A DNA stretch of 64,000 nt, from assembly GCA_002633005.1 (NCBI GenBank), contig NMRA01000335.1, positions 186,001 to 250,000 on the forward strand. The letters run 5' to 3'. The stretch comes from Phoronis australis (Eukaryota > Animalia > Phoronida). This document shows, one piece after another, positions 1 through 11,108 of this stretch (positions within the stretch are counted from its first letter, which is position 1; every line of letters starts with the position of its first letter). The notes beneath the pieces were generated by a model. The model did no database searches and had not been told where the DNA came from. It saw only the letters and a program-made list of their open reading frames with translations. The translations under genes and the position numbers were made by a program.

Positions 1-149
1 GGTTGCATTTTTTGAGTTCATCTGGAACGTTTATGTCAAATGAAATTCGGTCAGACATGTTATTGATACGGCATTTTGCTATGAATGTACTGTTCTTTTC
101 CTCAATGGCAAATTTTATTACAAAGATTGTGAAAGACATGGCAAATTGA

Positions 150-396
150 GACCACTTACCACTGTCAGATTGGTCTCAATTTGTTCCTTACTTAGATAAG
201 AATTAGGTTCGCAAACAACTGGCACTTCATTATTCCTAGATAAAATGCTGTGCACACAAAATGACAAGCCACATGACAAGTCAACTTGGAGGCTATGGTC
301 TGGAGCAATAATGTACTGCCAGTTCTTTCAATCCCTGATATAACCTCCAATTTGACTGAGGAAAAACTGAGACCAATTCTGTCATCATAAGTGGTC
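150..396. repeat. Imperfect fold-back (~90-bp arms) in an EIF3L intron
   Basis: 150-240 is an imperfect reverse complement of 299-396 (e.g. TTGGTCTCAATTTGTTCCT vs AGGAAAAACTGAGACCAA; AACTGGCACTTCATTATT vs AATAATGTACTGCCAGTT). Confidence 0.7.
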
Positions 397-560
397 AGAA
401 AGCATCCTCAATACCATTAGGGGATCATTTGAAATCAATTTCATAGTGATGAGTGGTCTAAATCAAAAGTAAAGTTGTTCTTTTTGTGATGGAAGGCTGG
501 TTTATAACCACATTTAATGTACATCATCAACTAACATTCCAGTGAGGTACGGGGAATGAG

Positions 561-690
561 ATGCCCACCTGATCATGCAGGAGTACCTCCAGCCAGACGC
601 AATGGATAAGATGCCTACCTCATCATACAGGAGTGCCTCAAGCCAGATGCAATGAATAAGATACCTACCTGATCATACAGGAGAGCCTTA
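561..690. repeat. 50-bp tandem repeat (~2.6 units) overlapping the EIF3L exon 7 donor
   Basis: Units start at 561, 611 and 661 (ATRCCYACCTSATCATRCAGGAG...). Confidence 0.9.
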
Positions 691-839
691 TTCTGCAACA
701 TCTTGTTGGTCCTTTGGATATACAACAGAATGTTGGAGAAAGTGCGGATGGCATCCTGGTAACGCCGCATCATCATGTAGGCGAAGCCGACGTAATAGTA
801 CGTGGTGATCTGGCAGGCTGGCACTCGAGAGTACATGTT
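669..839 (-). CDS. EIF3L: eIF3L coding exon 7 ([44 protein letters not shown]...LYDQ); gene continues left of the window
   Basis: TTTTCAG acceptor, CAG|GTAGGT donor, 171 nt; hallmark [19 protein letters not shown]. Confidence 0.96.
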
Positions 840-1872
840 CTGAAAAGAGGAAAACAAATCATGCACATTGGACTGGTTGCCAACCACAGCGTCTGAAGCG
901 TGACTGCATAATAATCATTCAACTCCTCAAGGACAAGATGCTAGTTCATGGCTCGTTACTCACAAACCACGACTGGAACTCTAGTGGATGAATGGACAAG
1001 AATGTTATATAATGGCACGTTTAAATTCATTGTCATGTTTCTTCCTAATAGGAAGTTGAAAACAAAAACAATGCTAGAGTACAGCACTAAAACAACGTTT
1101 CGATGTTAATCAAACATCTTCAGGTACAATCGCAGACAGAAAACAAAACATCGTAATGTTCACATCATATCACAACGCACTGCACAAGACCTGTCAACTA
1201 AAATCTCTACCACAACTCTAGCCCATACACTCTAACATTCCTATTCAGTAAGTGACCACTCAGCATGGAAGGCCTGTATGTGAACAGCCACACGGATTAA
1301 AAATTTGGTAGTTATTGCCTTGCTCATACCAAAGTAAAATTCATGGCAATAGTTGCAGTTCACTTGATAAACTACATTTATTTACTGCTTTGCACAGTGA
1401 CATGAGTTTTTCATACAAGCAAGATCAGGTTTTGCAATAAATTCAGTCAATGGTATCATATTTTAGGCTCTGATTGGTAGACAAAGGAAATATTAAGCTG
1501 TAGAGTTTGCGTGATAGAATATCAACGATCGTGTTCTGTGGCGTGAAGGTAAATGGTTTACTGACTCTTTTCTAGTGAAATAAATCAGACTAAAATGTTT
1601 TACCAAATTCATGATATTTCTAGAGTGTAAGAAAAAGATATACAACGGTACGTGATGATAAAATCACTGTAATCTCCTTAATTCTATTGAGTCTGTGATA
1701 AACCTCTGTCTCTCTACAACCAGTATTTTGTAAAAACAAGCTACAGTTAACTAGACCTCTATGCTCTGGTGCATAACAGAGCTAATGAGTTTACCCGACA
1801 CTACAAGAACTGATCTTCATTACTAAGGGGGGATAGTGGTAGTTCACTGCTGACTGCATAAATGAACCTTAC

Positions 1873-2027
1873 CTTCTTATTAAAGTCAATGTTCTCCAGC
1901 ACCTTGAGTGCCTGATAGTAGTCACCTAGCAGAGAGTGTAGTCTAAGGAGACCGACCAGACTGAAGTAGCCCAGCATTTTATAGAGGGACTTGCGACCAA
2001 ACTCACCCGCAACGCTGTCTGGGTCTC
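1873..2027 (-). CDS. EIF3L: eIF3L coding exon 6 ([52 protein letters not shown])
   Basis: TTCTGCAG acceptor, AAG|GTAAGG donor, 155 nt; hallmark [23 protein letters not shown]. Confidence 0.97.
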
Positions 2028-2510
2028 CTGCAGAAAGATAGGCAGACATAAATAAGAAAGTTGGTTCACTTAGGCTTATGCGTCTATGTCCGAAATACGA
2101 AATTTCTAACCTGTTTCGCATACAGTCAAATGCAAAGGTTATAAACTGGTAATTTTTTGCCCTGCACTTTTGGTGTACTTTGATCACAGAAACTAAGTGC
2201 TTGAAATGGATAAGTCAAGATTCGCCTACATCATAAATTGTTTCTTGGTATTTGCCGAGTTGTTTCGCACAGTTTCACATACTGCTGCATGGATCTCAGT
2301 ATGCATGCATGTACTGTCATGTTGTAGGAACAATGTCTGACTGCAACTGTCTTAATTTCCCAACACGTCCCACTTTTTGGGAAAATTATCGTGTTGTTTC
2401 AAAGGTGACGCAGCATTTATCAAAGCCAAGTAACATAAACATCATCATAGTTTACATTTCACATTCTCTGCCCATCTTCACAAACCATGTATTTATTCAG
2501 AAATATCTGA

Positions 2511-3082
2511 GGGCTGTTCCAGTAAAATCTGTATGGGAGGGGGGGGAAGGCACCTTTTTTCGCACCCACCACCCATCTTTTTCATTTATTTCTTCAGCCT
2601 ACCACCCGTAATTTTTTATAAGTTTGAAATGCAACCACCCGTAATTTTTTTTTTGTTCTTGTGGTTGACTGCACATGCGCTTGAGTTTATCTGTTCCTCC
2701 ATCACCACTAACGTCATTCATTACTAAGAAAACATATGTTTCTTATATATGGTTATTAACCATCGAGAAATTCGAGCACCTGTGGTTAAATGGTGTTATG
2801 GGCATGCCGATGAGGAGATCGGAGGGAGTGAAAAAGTCGGAGCTTTTTGCAAGTTGCATTTTTGTTTCAGTTTTTGATTCTGTGCGTATTGTTTATAAAA
2901 TTTACTAAAATTACCCACCATCAAACATTTATGGCTCAATGAAACAACAACAATGTGTAAATTTTTATTTTTGTGAAGTACGACCACCAGCCATTTTGAA
3001 TTTAAATCAAACGCAACCACCCATAAATTTTTATTTCAGTTGCCTTCCCCCCCCTCCCACACAGATTTTGCTGGAACAGCCC
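2511..3082. mobile_element. PIF/Harbinger (Tourist-like) MITE, 572 bp
   Basis: ~42-bp TIRs GGGCTGTTCCAGYAAAATCTGTRTGGGAGGGGGGGGAAGGCA; 3-bp TSD TGA at 2508-2510 and 3083-3085. Confidence 0.88.
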
Positions 3083-3259
3083 TGAAAGAGTCTATTATTT
3101 TGAGAGATCCAATGATTGTGGAGGCTAGGTGGTGCATTATAAATACGTTTAATGCATAAGTACTGACAATAAATGCAATATAAGCTGAATGTATCTGTAC
3201 GCTAACACAACTGGGATAGGCCTGTGTTCATGGTTGTAACGTCACTAATTACATTAATG

Positions 3260-3868
3260 TATTCCAGAGAAAAATCTTATTTCTAACTTTAGTCCCATTG
3301 CATAAGATAGCGTGATTAATTCCAAGATATTTCCAGTCAAATTGCGAATTGGTATTTCTCCAACCGACTAATGTACCTTTGGCAGGAATGAACGTGACAG
3401 TTTAGAATATTTATTTTGGGATTGAAATTTTATTAAGCCTTGGAAAAGAATAGATGAATATTATATCAAGGCAAAAAACGTGGATATGTCGATAGATTTT
3501 CAAACTGATATATTTGGTAAAACTGGAAAAGCAAATGAACTGTTGAATCTTATAATCATTCTATCAGCCAAAAAGCATACATATGGTAGAAAGCTGAAAG
3601 TAGAACCTCCGTCTAAAACACTTTTCAAAAAAAGAATTAGAAACTTATTTCACATTCGAAAAATATAATTATTGTAACTTAAAATGGATTTAGGAGACCT
3701 ATTTTTTCAATGATGGTCCGTTTATTTTACTTTTTAAAACGAAATGCAGATGAGAAAAGCACATTTGGTTTTTTGGTTCATGAAATAAATGTGTGCGTGT
3801 GTAGTGTGTCATTGGGGACTAGTGTCTCTGTACCCAGTTCGTTATTATTGCAATAAATGTTAAAAAAA
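3260..3868 (+). mobile_element. Decayed 3' end of a non-LTR retrotransposon (L1/Tx1-like ORF2 C-terminus)
   Basis: Broken peptides ERDSLEYLFWD*NFIK..WKRI and IFGK...NELLNLIIILSAKKHTY resemble the HLFWxC / IFG..NLIILxAKxxIY tail of such ORF2 proteins; ends in AATAAA plus an A-run at ~3852-3868. Confidence 0.6.
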
Positions 3869-4433
3869 CTGGAAAGCCTGTAAAGCGCAATTTATTGAGC
3901 TCAGTAGTCACCAACTATTCTGCATTTCTCCCAAAGCTCAACAATCACTACAGATCTCATGTTCAGATTTCTCCACGGACTGTTACAGCAGGGCACAGTG
4001 TCCTCTTTTAATTTCATCCGTTGATTTTGTGCCGTTTTGGATGAAGGAAAATTGAATTGGGACTTTTGCTCTCATTAGATAGGTTTCATATCCCCTTCCA
4101 TGATAGGATCTCATTTCTGTAGCCAGCAAGAACATGAAAACCCATCAGTGAGTGACTCAAAGAAACATTTCAGAGTTTATTAGGGCTGGCCAACCCTCAT
4201 TGTGAAATCAAAATTGCCCCATGTACGCATTGTCAGTGACTTAAGTTGCTGGCACATACGTCAATAATTAAAAATCTGATGTTTCTGAACCCCATACTGC
4301 TTGGTTTAGAATTCAACATTGACAGATAAACAGGGATGCAGCTTTAAGTATTTTTCAATCAAAAGCCAGTGAAGGTGTGTGCAATGCGAATTTCATCACA
4401 ACACTGCCCTTTGTTGAAAGTATGTATACTTAC

Positions 4434-4524
4434 CGCCACTGGTGTATACTTCCAACTGCCTGTTAATGTTGGACTTGTCGACAAGAGAGTGCAGAACATT
4501 GAGAACCGAATGAACATTCCAGAT
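4434..4524 (-). CDS. EIF3L: eIF3L coding exon 5 (IWNVHSVLNVLHSLVDKSNINRQLEVYTSG)
   Basis: TTCTTCAG acceptor, GCG|GTAAGT donor, 91 nt; conserved eIF3L peptide. Confidence 0.96.
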
Positions 4525-4843
4525 CTGAAGAAAAAATAGGAGTGGTAGGGTGTTGCTTTCCGAAAAGTGCTAGCTAGTACTTTGTAAACATAGTAGCATG
4601 AGCAAAGGTGATACAGAGACTCACACACAAAAATCTTGCCATTGAAAATGCCATCTTGTGAATATTGAAATGCTTTTCTGAACTTCAACAAACTGAAAAA
4701 GACTAATATTTACTGCCAATTTTCCATACTAAATGTGAAAACATAATCGGTTACAACTTAACAAACCTGACCGTGTTTGTGTTTAACAAAGCCTCTTCAA
4801 TCGAGGAGTCTTTATGATACATATTTCAAGGATATCCTCTCAC

Positions 4844-4924
4844 CTTGGGATTCGTGCGTAGTGTGTCAATTTCATCCTCTGCTTTCTTGGCCAGCTTACT
4901 GCGATACTGACTGAAGGATTGAAA
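4844..4924 (-). CDS. EIF3L: eIF3L coding exon 4 (FQSFSQYRSKLAKKAEDEIDTLRTNPK)
   Basis: TTGCAG acceptor, AAG|GTGAGA donor, 81 nt, phase 0; continues ...IYQ|FQSF. Confidence 0.95.
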
Positions 4925-5713
4925 CTGCAAAGAATGGATTATAAGACACATAGTTCATGACTGACTTGCATCGAATCTGACTCAACAAAGGCAGATTGTA
5001 CAAGTGCATCAGTATATATGACTGATGTTTCTGATACCAGAAAAGTCCTATAAAATCAGTAGATTCTGCTCAATATCTTCACTGCTGCATTCGGAAAACA
5101 AATTAAAACCTTTGCTTTAACCTTCAAGATCGAGTGTTTGTGCGGTGCAGCATTTTTTCATAATTTGACACATTCTCAATTTTTCATAAAGGTGAAACTG
5201 AATTATCTGTTTCTTTTTGGTTATCAGCATAGTTTCCATTCACCAAAATGTCTCCAGTTTCATCTTGTTTTCCCAGCATAAATTGTATGCCAACCTGTGC
5301 AAACACACCATACTTTCTGGGTCCTTTCCATGTACCCAAGAAATTGATCTGGACTCAACGCATAATGGAAGTGCAGAGCCAACAATGTGTGTAGCTTTCA
5401 ACATGGACTAAAATGCAGTCATGTTACTTGGCCACACAAACCTACTAATCTGCCTCCATGGCCTGCCTGGATTTCCAATTAATACAGAGCAACAATCCAC
5501 AGATAGCAAAAAACTCGTGGAAATTCAAAACCAAGCCGTGTACCGTGATTAGAGCAACTTTACTAGTGAGTCTTCGGTCCATGGAACGCTCTCCCGATTT
5601 CACATACGCTGGGTCTGTTCTCAACCATTTATGATAAACTGAATAAGACATGTGAGAAAGCAGTCATTAACTTAACCCTTTCAACATCTTTACTGATGCA
5701 CGTCGAAACTTAC

Positions 5714-5999
5714 CTGATAAATGAACTCATCAATAATGTCCCACAGCCACTGATTGGGTAACTCTAGTGGCACAGGCCTCTCTGCACTCAGGATATAGTT
5801 GAACAGGTTACAATAGTTGTAGTACGACTCAAACCGTTGCTCGATGCTAGGACCCACTTGAACGCGGGCGTATATATGACGGTAGTACAGCTCTTTATAC
5901 AAGATTAAGAATAGATGATCATGGCCGACGATGGGCGCGATCACCTCTGCATCTGGCCACGGAGACTGTTTGAAGAACCGGTCAGTAAGCTTGTTGAAA
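5714..5999 (-). CDS. EIF3L: eIF3L coding exon 3 (FNKLTDRFFKQSPWP...FLILYKELYYRHIYA...LPNQWLWDIIDEFIYQ)
   Basis: Hallmark eIF3L motifs LYKELYYRHIYA, RFESYYNYCNLFNYIL and LPNQWLWDIIDEFIYQ; CTCTCAG acceptor, CAG|GTAAGT donor; 286 nt. Confidence 0.97.
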
Positions 6000-7078
6000 C
6001 TGAGAGGAGATAATTGAATACTTAGCATCACTGTGTGAAAACAATTCAGCCACGCAGTGTTCTTCACAACATGAAATTCAAACAACTGGAATTACAAAAC
6101 TCATGAACGTGTTCAAAAGACCATGTCCATACTGTGGGGATTTTGTGAGTTAAGTCTTGGAATAAACGCGATGAACTCGTACCAAAGATCCAAAATGTCC
6201 TAATTCCATTAAACATGACTAATCTCTCAATACTTTAAACTTGATGCCTAGGTTTTCAAACTCAATGCATGTAAGCCAAATTCACATCACAATTAAATTC
6301 AAACTCGATGCAGAGACAAGTAAAAGCGGCATTTTGGGGTACACTGGCTAGTAGCAAAATCATTAGACTTCGTTGAGGCCACCAGGACAAACTGCCAAAT
6401 GCAAGTTGGGTGAGCATTGGTGGTGAAAAAATTGCCAGTTGGAAAACGACAACTAAGTGGTCACCAGGTGATCTTGAATGAAAGTCATGAGGGGAAATCA
6501 AGGTTATGTGGGTAAAATCAACCGAATCAGAAAAACACTTCGAAGTTGCAACACATGTAACAAGTTAAGAAAAAGCAGGTGTTGCCACTTGCAACCTTGA
6601 GTAAGACAAAGAACTTCAATGTGAAAGCAAGCAGTCATAGCGAATGACATGGTGCCAAGTAATCACAAACAAAAAATTCGGAAAAGACACATTTGGCGAT
6701 ATTGAAAGCTGCATTTTCTTTTTTTGGCTGGCTAAAAAATGAGAATCGAATTAAGGTCTTTTACTCAGTACATAAAACCAGTTTCATATTCCGTCCAGAC
6801 AGGATCCCATTTCCCTTTACCAGCAAGAATGTGGAAACCACAAACAATCCAAGAAAATGCTTCAGAGTTCATTGGGTGAGGCCAAATTCCAACATGGGGC
6901 ATGTAGTCACTGCATGCACCTATGATAAGGGATATCACACATGAGAAAAATATTATGAGTGGGAATGGCTGAATTCAGTTTTCGTTATAGCCAGCTAAAC
7001 AGGGAAATGCAGTCTAAAAATTCAAGCACCCCAGCTGATAATGCAGACATCCAAACACAAACCTTACAACAAGCTTAC

Positions 7079-7278
7079 CCAATCTCATACGAGTTTTGTA
7101 TTTCAAACAGGTTCTGTTCATTGATGACCTTCTGGAAATAGGTCAAAAAGTTCTTGATGACCTCCGGCACAATGTAAGTTGAACTTTGGTGGTGACGCTC
7201 ATATTCCATGTCCAAACGTGGGTCGCCACTGTGCAGCTCATAGTCACTGGTCGGGTAGCCATAAGCGTACGTATCATA
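7079..7278 (-). CDS. EIF3L: eIF3L coding exon 2 (YDTYAYG...DYELHSGDPRLDMEYER...IVPEVIKNFLTYFQKVINEQNLFEIQNSYEI)
   Basis: Acceptor CCTTTAG, donor GG|GTAAGC, 200 nt; translation resembles the eIF3L N-terminus (PEVIKNF, EIQxxYE). Confidence 0.92.
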
Positions 7279-7670
7279 CTAAAGGACAAATAAGTGCACA
7301 CTATCAGTATTATTTGGCAGTTTATTTGAACTGCTGTTACAATAAAATAGCATTTCTGACAAACTTTGTCAGAGCTAAGTGTTTACTTAAGTTATGAATG
7401 CAAGTTCCAGCTCTAGCGAAGGGTGAGTGTGCTGTTGAATTTACCGCAGAAGGCTCCATTTGTCTTCAATGGTTGAGTCTTCACTAAACAAATATTAAGC
7501 ATCGATACCTCAAATTACCAATTTCAAGTGTATTTTTAAATGTTCCAATAACCTCAATCAGTAAAAACTTGCCTGTTCGGCAGCCAGATTGTGTTGTGAC
7601 ATTGAGTTCCGGGTGTGATATAGTCATATAAAGCCTCTCTGAATCACTTGCTAAGTGGCAATTGCCTCTT

Positions 7671-7722
7671 GGTTTGGATTCTTGGCTCTCAGGCAGGAAA
7701 ACCCAGTTCAAGTCTTGGTGCC
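7671..7722 (+). mobile_element. Degenerate tRNA-Glu-like segment, possibly a SINE head
   Basis: GGTTTGGATTCTTGGCTCTCAGGCAGGAAAACCCAGTTCAAGTCTTGGT resembles tRNA-Glu(CTC) GGTTAGGATTCGGCGCTCTCA...GGTTCGATTCCCGGT; acceptor stem not intact. Confidence 0.3.
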
Positions 7723-7775
7723 AGCAAAATTCCCGAACACTCTTGGGTAATAGTCTAATATCTAAGATCACTCCA

Positions 7776-7903
7776 TAACTCCAAAAACTAATGAATCATA
7801 AATCTTAAAAGATACCTCATTCCATCCAAGTCTGATAGGTAGATCAGTCGATAACTACAAAAACTAATAAATCAGGAATCATAATAGATACCTCATTCCA
7901 TTC
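7776..7903. repeat. Imperfect ~52-bp direct repeat
   Basis: ATAACTMCAAAAACTAATRAATCA...AGATACCTCATTCCAT starts at 7776 and at 7851. Confidence 0.7.
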
Positions 7904-8215
7904 ATCTATCATTGATATCCATCCAGATGATGACAGATTTCTGATCCGACATCGTGTTCTTTTGATATCTGGACTCAAATACAAGGTACACTAGGCTTGC
8001 GTTAGCCACTCACCATTGGCGAATTCTGAGCAAAACTGGCGATGACAGAGCTAAGTCTATTTGCCAACTTGGTGAATGCTTAATGCCTTTCGCAACTTGA
8101 AAATAAAAATTAATTTTGACAAAACCTACTCCTCATGTTGACTCAGTCAGCTCGAATGAAGTAGCATCACAAACGACATTTTTACGTCGATTTCGAGTCC
8201 TAAAAATAGTAATCA

Positions 8216-8533
8216 AGCAAGTTCGCAACAAATTCGCGGTCAAAGCACAAAAATGTTCCCAAAAAGCCCATGCATACTTCCTCCTTTGACGATTCGAGGT
8301 CAAGGACGGCACGGAATTATCCGATAAGTTACAGAAAGTCAAGGCATCAATAACTCCACACTTAGCCTGATGATTTTGTAACCTTACGTGATGAACTGGC
8401 ACTTGCCGTCCATCCGTAACACATCAGATAATTCCGTACCGTCCTTGACCTCGAACCGTCAAAGGAGGAAGTACGCTTGGGCTTTTTGGGAACATTTTTG
8501 AGCTTTGACCGTGAATTTTTTGCGAACTCGCTG
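8216..8533. mobile_element. Fold-back element/MITE with ~118-bp inverted arms and ~80-bp spacer (EIF3L intron 1)
   Basis: 8216-8334 is a close reverse complement of 8413-8533 (AAAAATGTTCCCAAAAAGCCCA, TACTTCCTCCTTTGACG, TTCGAGGTCAAGGACGG); no clear TSD. Confidence 0.8.
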
Positions 8534-8765
8534 AGGCAGGACATTGTGAATGGTATTAGAAGAAAGATTAATTACTAATGCTTTGTGGAAACCCCGTTTT
8601 GAGTAAATTTATTGAGTTTTGTGTTTGATATGGATGGCTGAAGTGAAGCACCCGTGGAATTCCTTGTCCTGACTGTCACCTTGTAGTATTATATACAGTG
8701 TATTGGCCGACGACCAGAAGCTGAGGACGCCTGTGTTTGAGTTCAGATATCAAGTGAACACAACG

Positions 8766-8823
8766 TCGAACCTCTGCGATCACCAGGCATCGCCTCGAAC
8801 CTCTGCGATCACCAGGCATCGCC
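8766..8823. repeat. Perfect 29-bp tandem duplication
   Basis: TCGAACCTCTGCGATCACCAGGCATCGCC x2. Confidence 0.95.
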
Positions 8824-9118
8824 TGGTGGATGTCAATTATCGACGTTTTATTATGTTCTGACAAGTAGTTTGGAGTTAAAGAGGGACCCATCCATCTGAC
8901 TATTACCCGCCCTTGTATACTTTTATAACGTCAATCGATGAGAGTGTTTGCGATCAAACCGCCCAGACTGGCCAGAGCCAGAGCCAGGGCAGATCCCCCG
9001 GTCCAGACCTTCGCCGGGTACGATTACCGATTCGAGGTCAGAAAAACTAGTTCAATAGGAAATGGAAAGAACCCTTAACTTATTTTACTAAGTAACCTGT
9101 ACAAAATGAGAATGTTAC

Positions 9119-9157
9119 CTCACGACTTTCGACAAAATCTTCAGATCCGTCGTACAT
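9119..9157 (-). CDS. EIF3L: eIF3 subunit L, coding exon 1 (MYDGSEDFVESRE)
   Basis: ATG at 9157, 39 nt, ends GAG|GTAACA; phase 0 matches the next exon; promoter motifs lie just upstream. Confidence 0.75.
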
Positions 9158-9199
9158 ATTAGCCCTTTTACGCTCCAGCTGCTGAAACGTGCCGCTCGA

Positions 9200-9420
9200 A
9201 ACACAGGCGGAAGTACGATGGAAAGATACGTTCGATTAAGACAATGTGTAATTTAAATACAGTTTACGCATTTTTTCAACCATAGTGTTGGTTCATTTTC
9301 ATTTATTGTAATCAGTGAAGTATAAATGTCCAATATTTGGAGAAATATGTGGTCAATCTAAGAAGATTCTGTGATTAACTCCGGCAGCTCTCATTCTTCG
9401 CACAAATCCGGAAGTAGCCG
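9200..9420 (-). promoter_or_regulatory. EIF3L core promoter: TCT/TOP-type initiator and two ETS-type sites
   Basis: Minus-strand TCTTTCC at 9226-9220 fits YC+1TYTYY, with +1 placed 68 nt before the ATG; CGGAAGT at 9208-9214 and CCGGAAGT at 9408-9415. Confidence 0.55.
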
Positions 9421-9998
9421 TAAAGTCAACTGTGGCTGTGACAAAGATACTGATACTGTGATACTGTATGGCCAGTTAAATGAGTTAAGGTGGCACCGTA
9501 GCGTAGCCGGCAAAATTAGTTACGGGAACTATGTATAGTCTATTGTTCCATTAATTAATCTTTGGGCTAGTGTGCCGACTTGGAAATTGACAGAATCAGC
9601 CGAGCGGCCTGGCTTTTGTATCATTAACTAACAAACAGCACAATGAAAATATTTTTGGCGTTAGCCACCACATTTTAATATACGTAGTGTTTAAGTTGGC
9701 GTTTGGGGATGGGAACTCAGTCAGTGCCAGCCACATACTCTAACCTCGGCCGTGCAATCACTCGGGTCATGCCAAAATCGCGCCAGAACCAATTGGTCAT
9801 TCTGAGGCTTGTAATTGCAGTTGTTTATTTAGTTCAGTCTCAAGTCAAACCAGGCCAGTGACAGTCAGGTGTCGGTGGTGAAGTTCGGTGGACGCAGTTT
9901 GTTATCGTTTGGCACTTTTGGAATATAGTCAGACGTTTAAATTATACAGAGTACGCGCCCCAAAATCCTGCTGCCAACTCGTCACCAGGTTTACTGAG

Positions 9999-10304
9999 CG
10001 TGTGTGCACTCGCCCGGCCGGGGGGGGGGGAGTGGGGAGGGGGGTGTNCCCCCCCCCTTCGTTTGGCGAAGTGGGCATCATCTCAATCGAAATCTGCCTC
10101 ACAATTGAAAGAGAGACACAGGAATCAGTGACGACTAAAAGGGACAACTGAAAGTACACCATGCAAAAAGGCCAGGACTAGGCTTACCCCGCAACATTCG
10201 GCGTCTAGAGCTCTGAACTACCTATGTATCCCGTAAATCTTACGGTGAAAGGCCATTACTCTAAAAAATTCGAGCCAGCCCCATTTATGCTGGGTGTGCG
10301 CATG
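9999..10304 (-). mobile_element. CATG-terminated MITE, family A (inverted copy)
   Basis: Reverse strand starts CATGCGCACACCCAGCATAAATGGGGCTGGCTCGAATTT and contains CCACTTCGCCAAA near the other end, as at 11109 and 59279; contains an N at 10048. Confidence 0.6.
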
Positions 10305-11108
10305 ATGTTGACTATAGACTACTAAAAGTTTTTAACCGTTAATGTGACATTGTGCCTAACTCTAGATAAAAGTGTAATTCTCTGCCTGTTGCCATTGACT
10401 TGAGTTAGTAAGATCATGAAGGTTACAAAAGCATGCATTTTTGTCAAAAGTTCATCAGTCATTAACTTGCCCCTTGTACTCGACTTACAGATCCTAGGTA
10501 ACAACAGCAAAGAAATGCACAATGCCAGCTAAGAGCTGCTACTATGTCTTTAACATTTTGTTTTACTCAGTAGAATTAGAATTTTGCCTTTGGCTGAGGT
10601 TGCCGGCTGAATTTCACTCCCCCGAAAATTAAATATAACAAAACTGTGAAACACTAGAAACTCATATTAAGGTCCGGCATGGCGATGATGCTTACTTATT
10701 AAAAAGAGAAACACTGATTTCCCTGCTCACTGATGACTTCAAATTTTAGTAAAGCTGCATTTCGTTCTGAGTCAACACGAAAATCGGAGTAGGATTTTAG
10801 CATTCTAATAAAACTGAGCACACAGTATTCCTTCTGTGATTGGACTAATTCCGCCGGTTAACTAGCTTTAACTTGACCATAGTGTCTCAAGAAAACGTTT
10901 CAGATTTTATTGGGGTTGGCGAACCCGGCCCAAGCCGTGCGAATTTGAAAATGTCGCTTGCAAGCATTGCCTATGACTTTAGCTAGTATAACGTAAAATA
11001 TGAAATTAATTTACCTTAAAGAATATTATAAGACCAACGTCTTTGAGTGAAGGCTGAATTTGTGCAACGTAGCCAGCTGGGAACAACAATCCAATCTGCA
11101 ATGCAATG

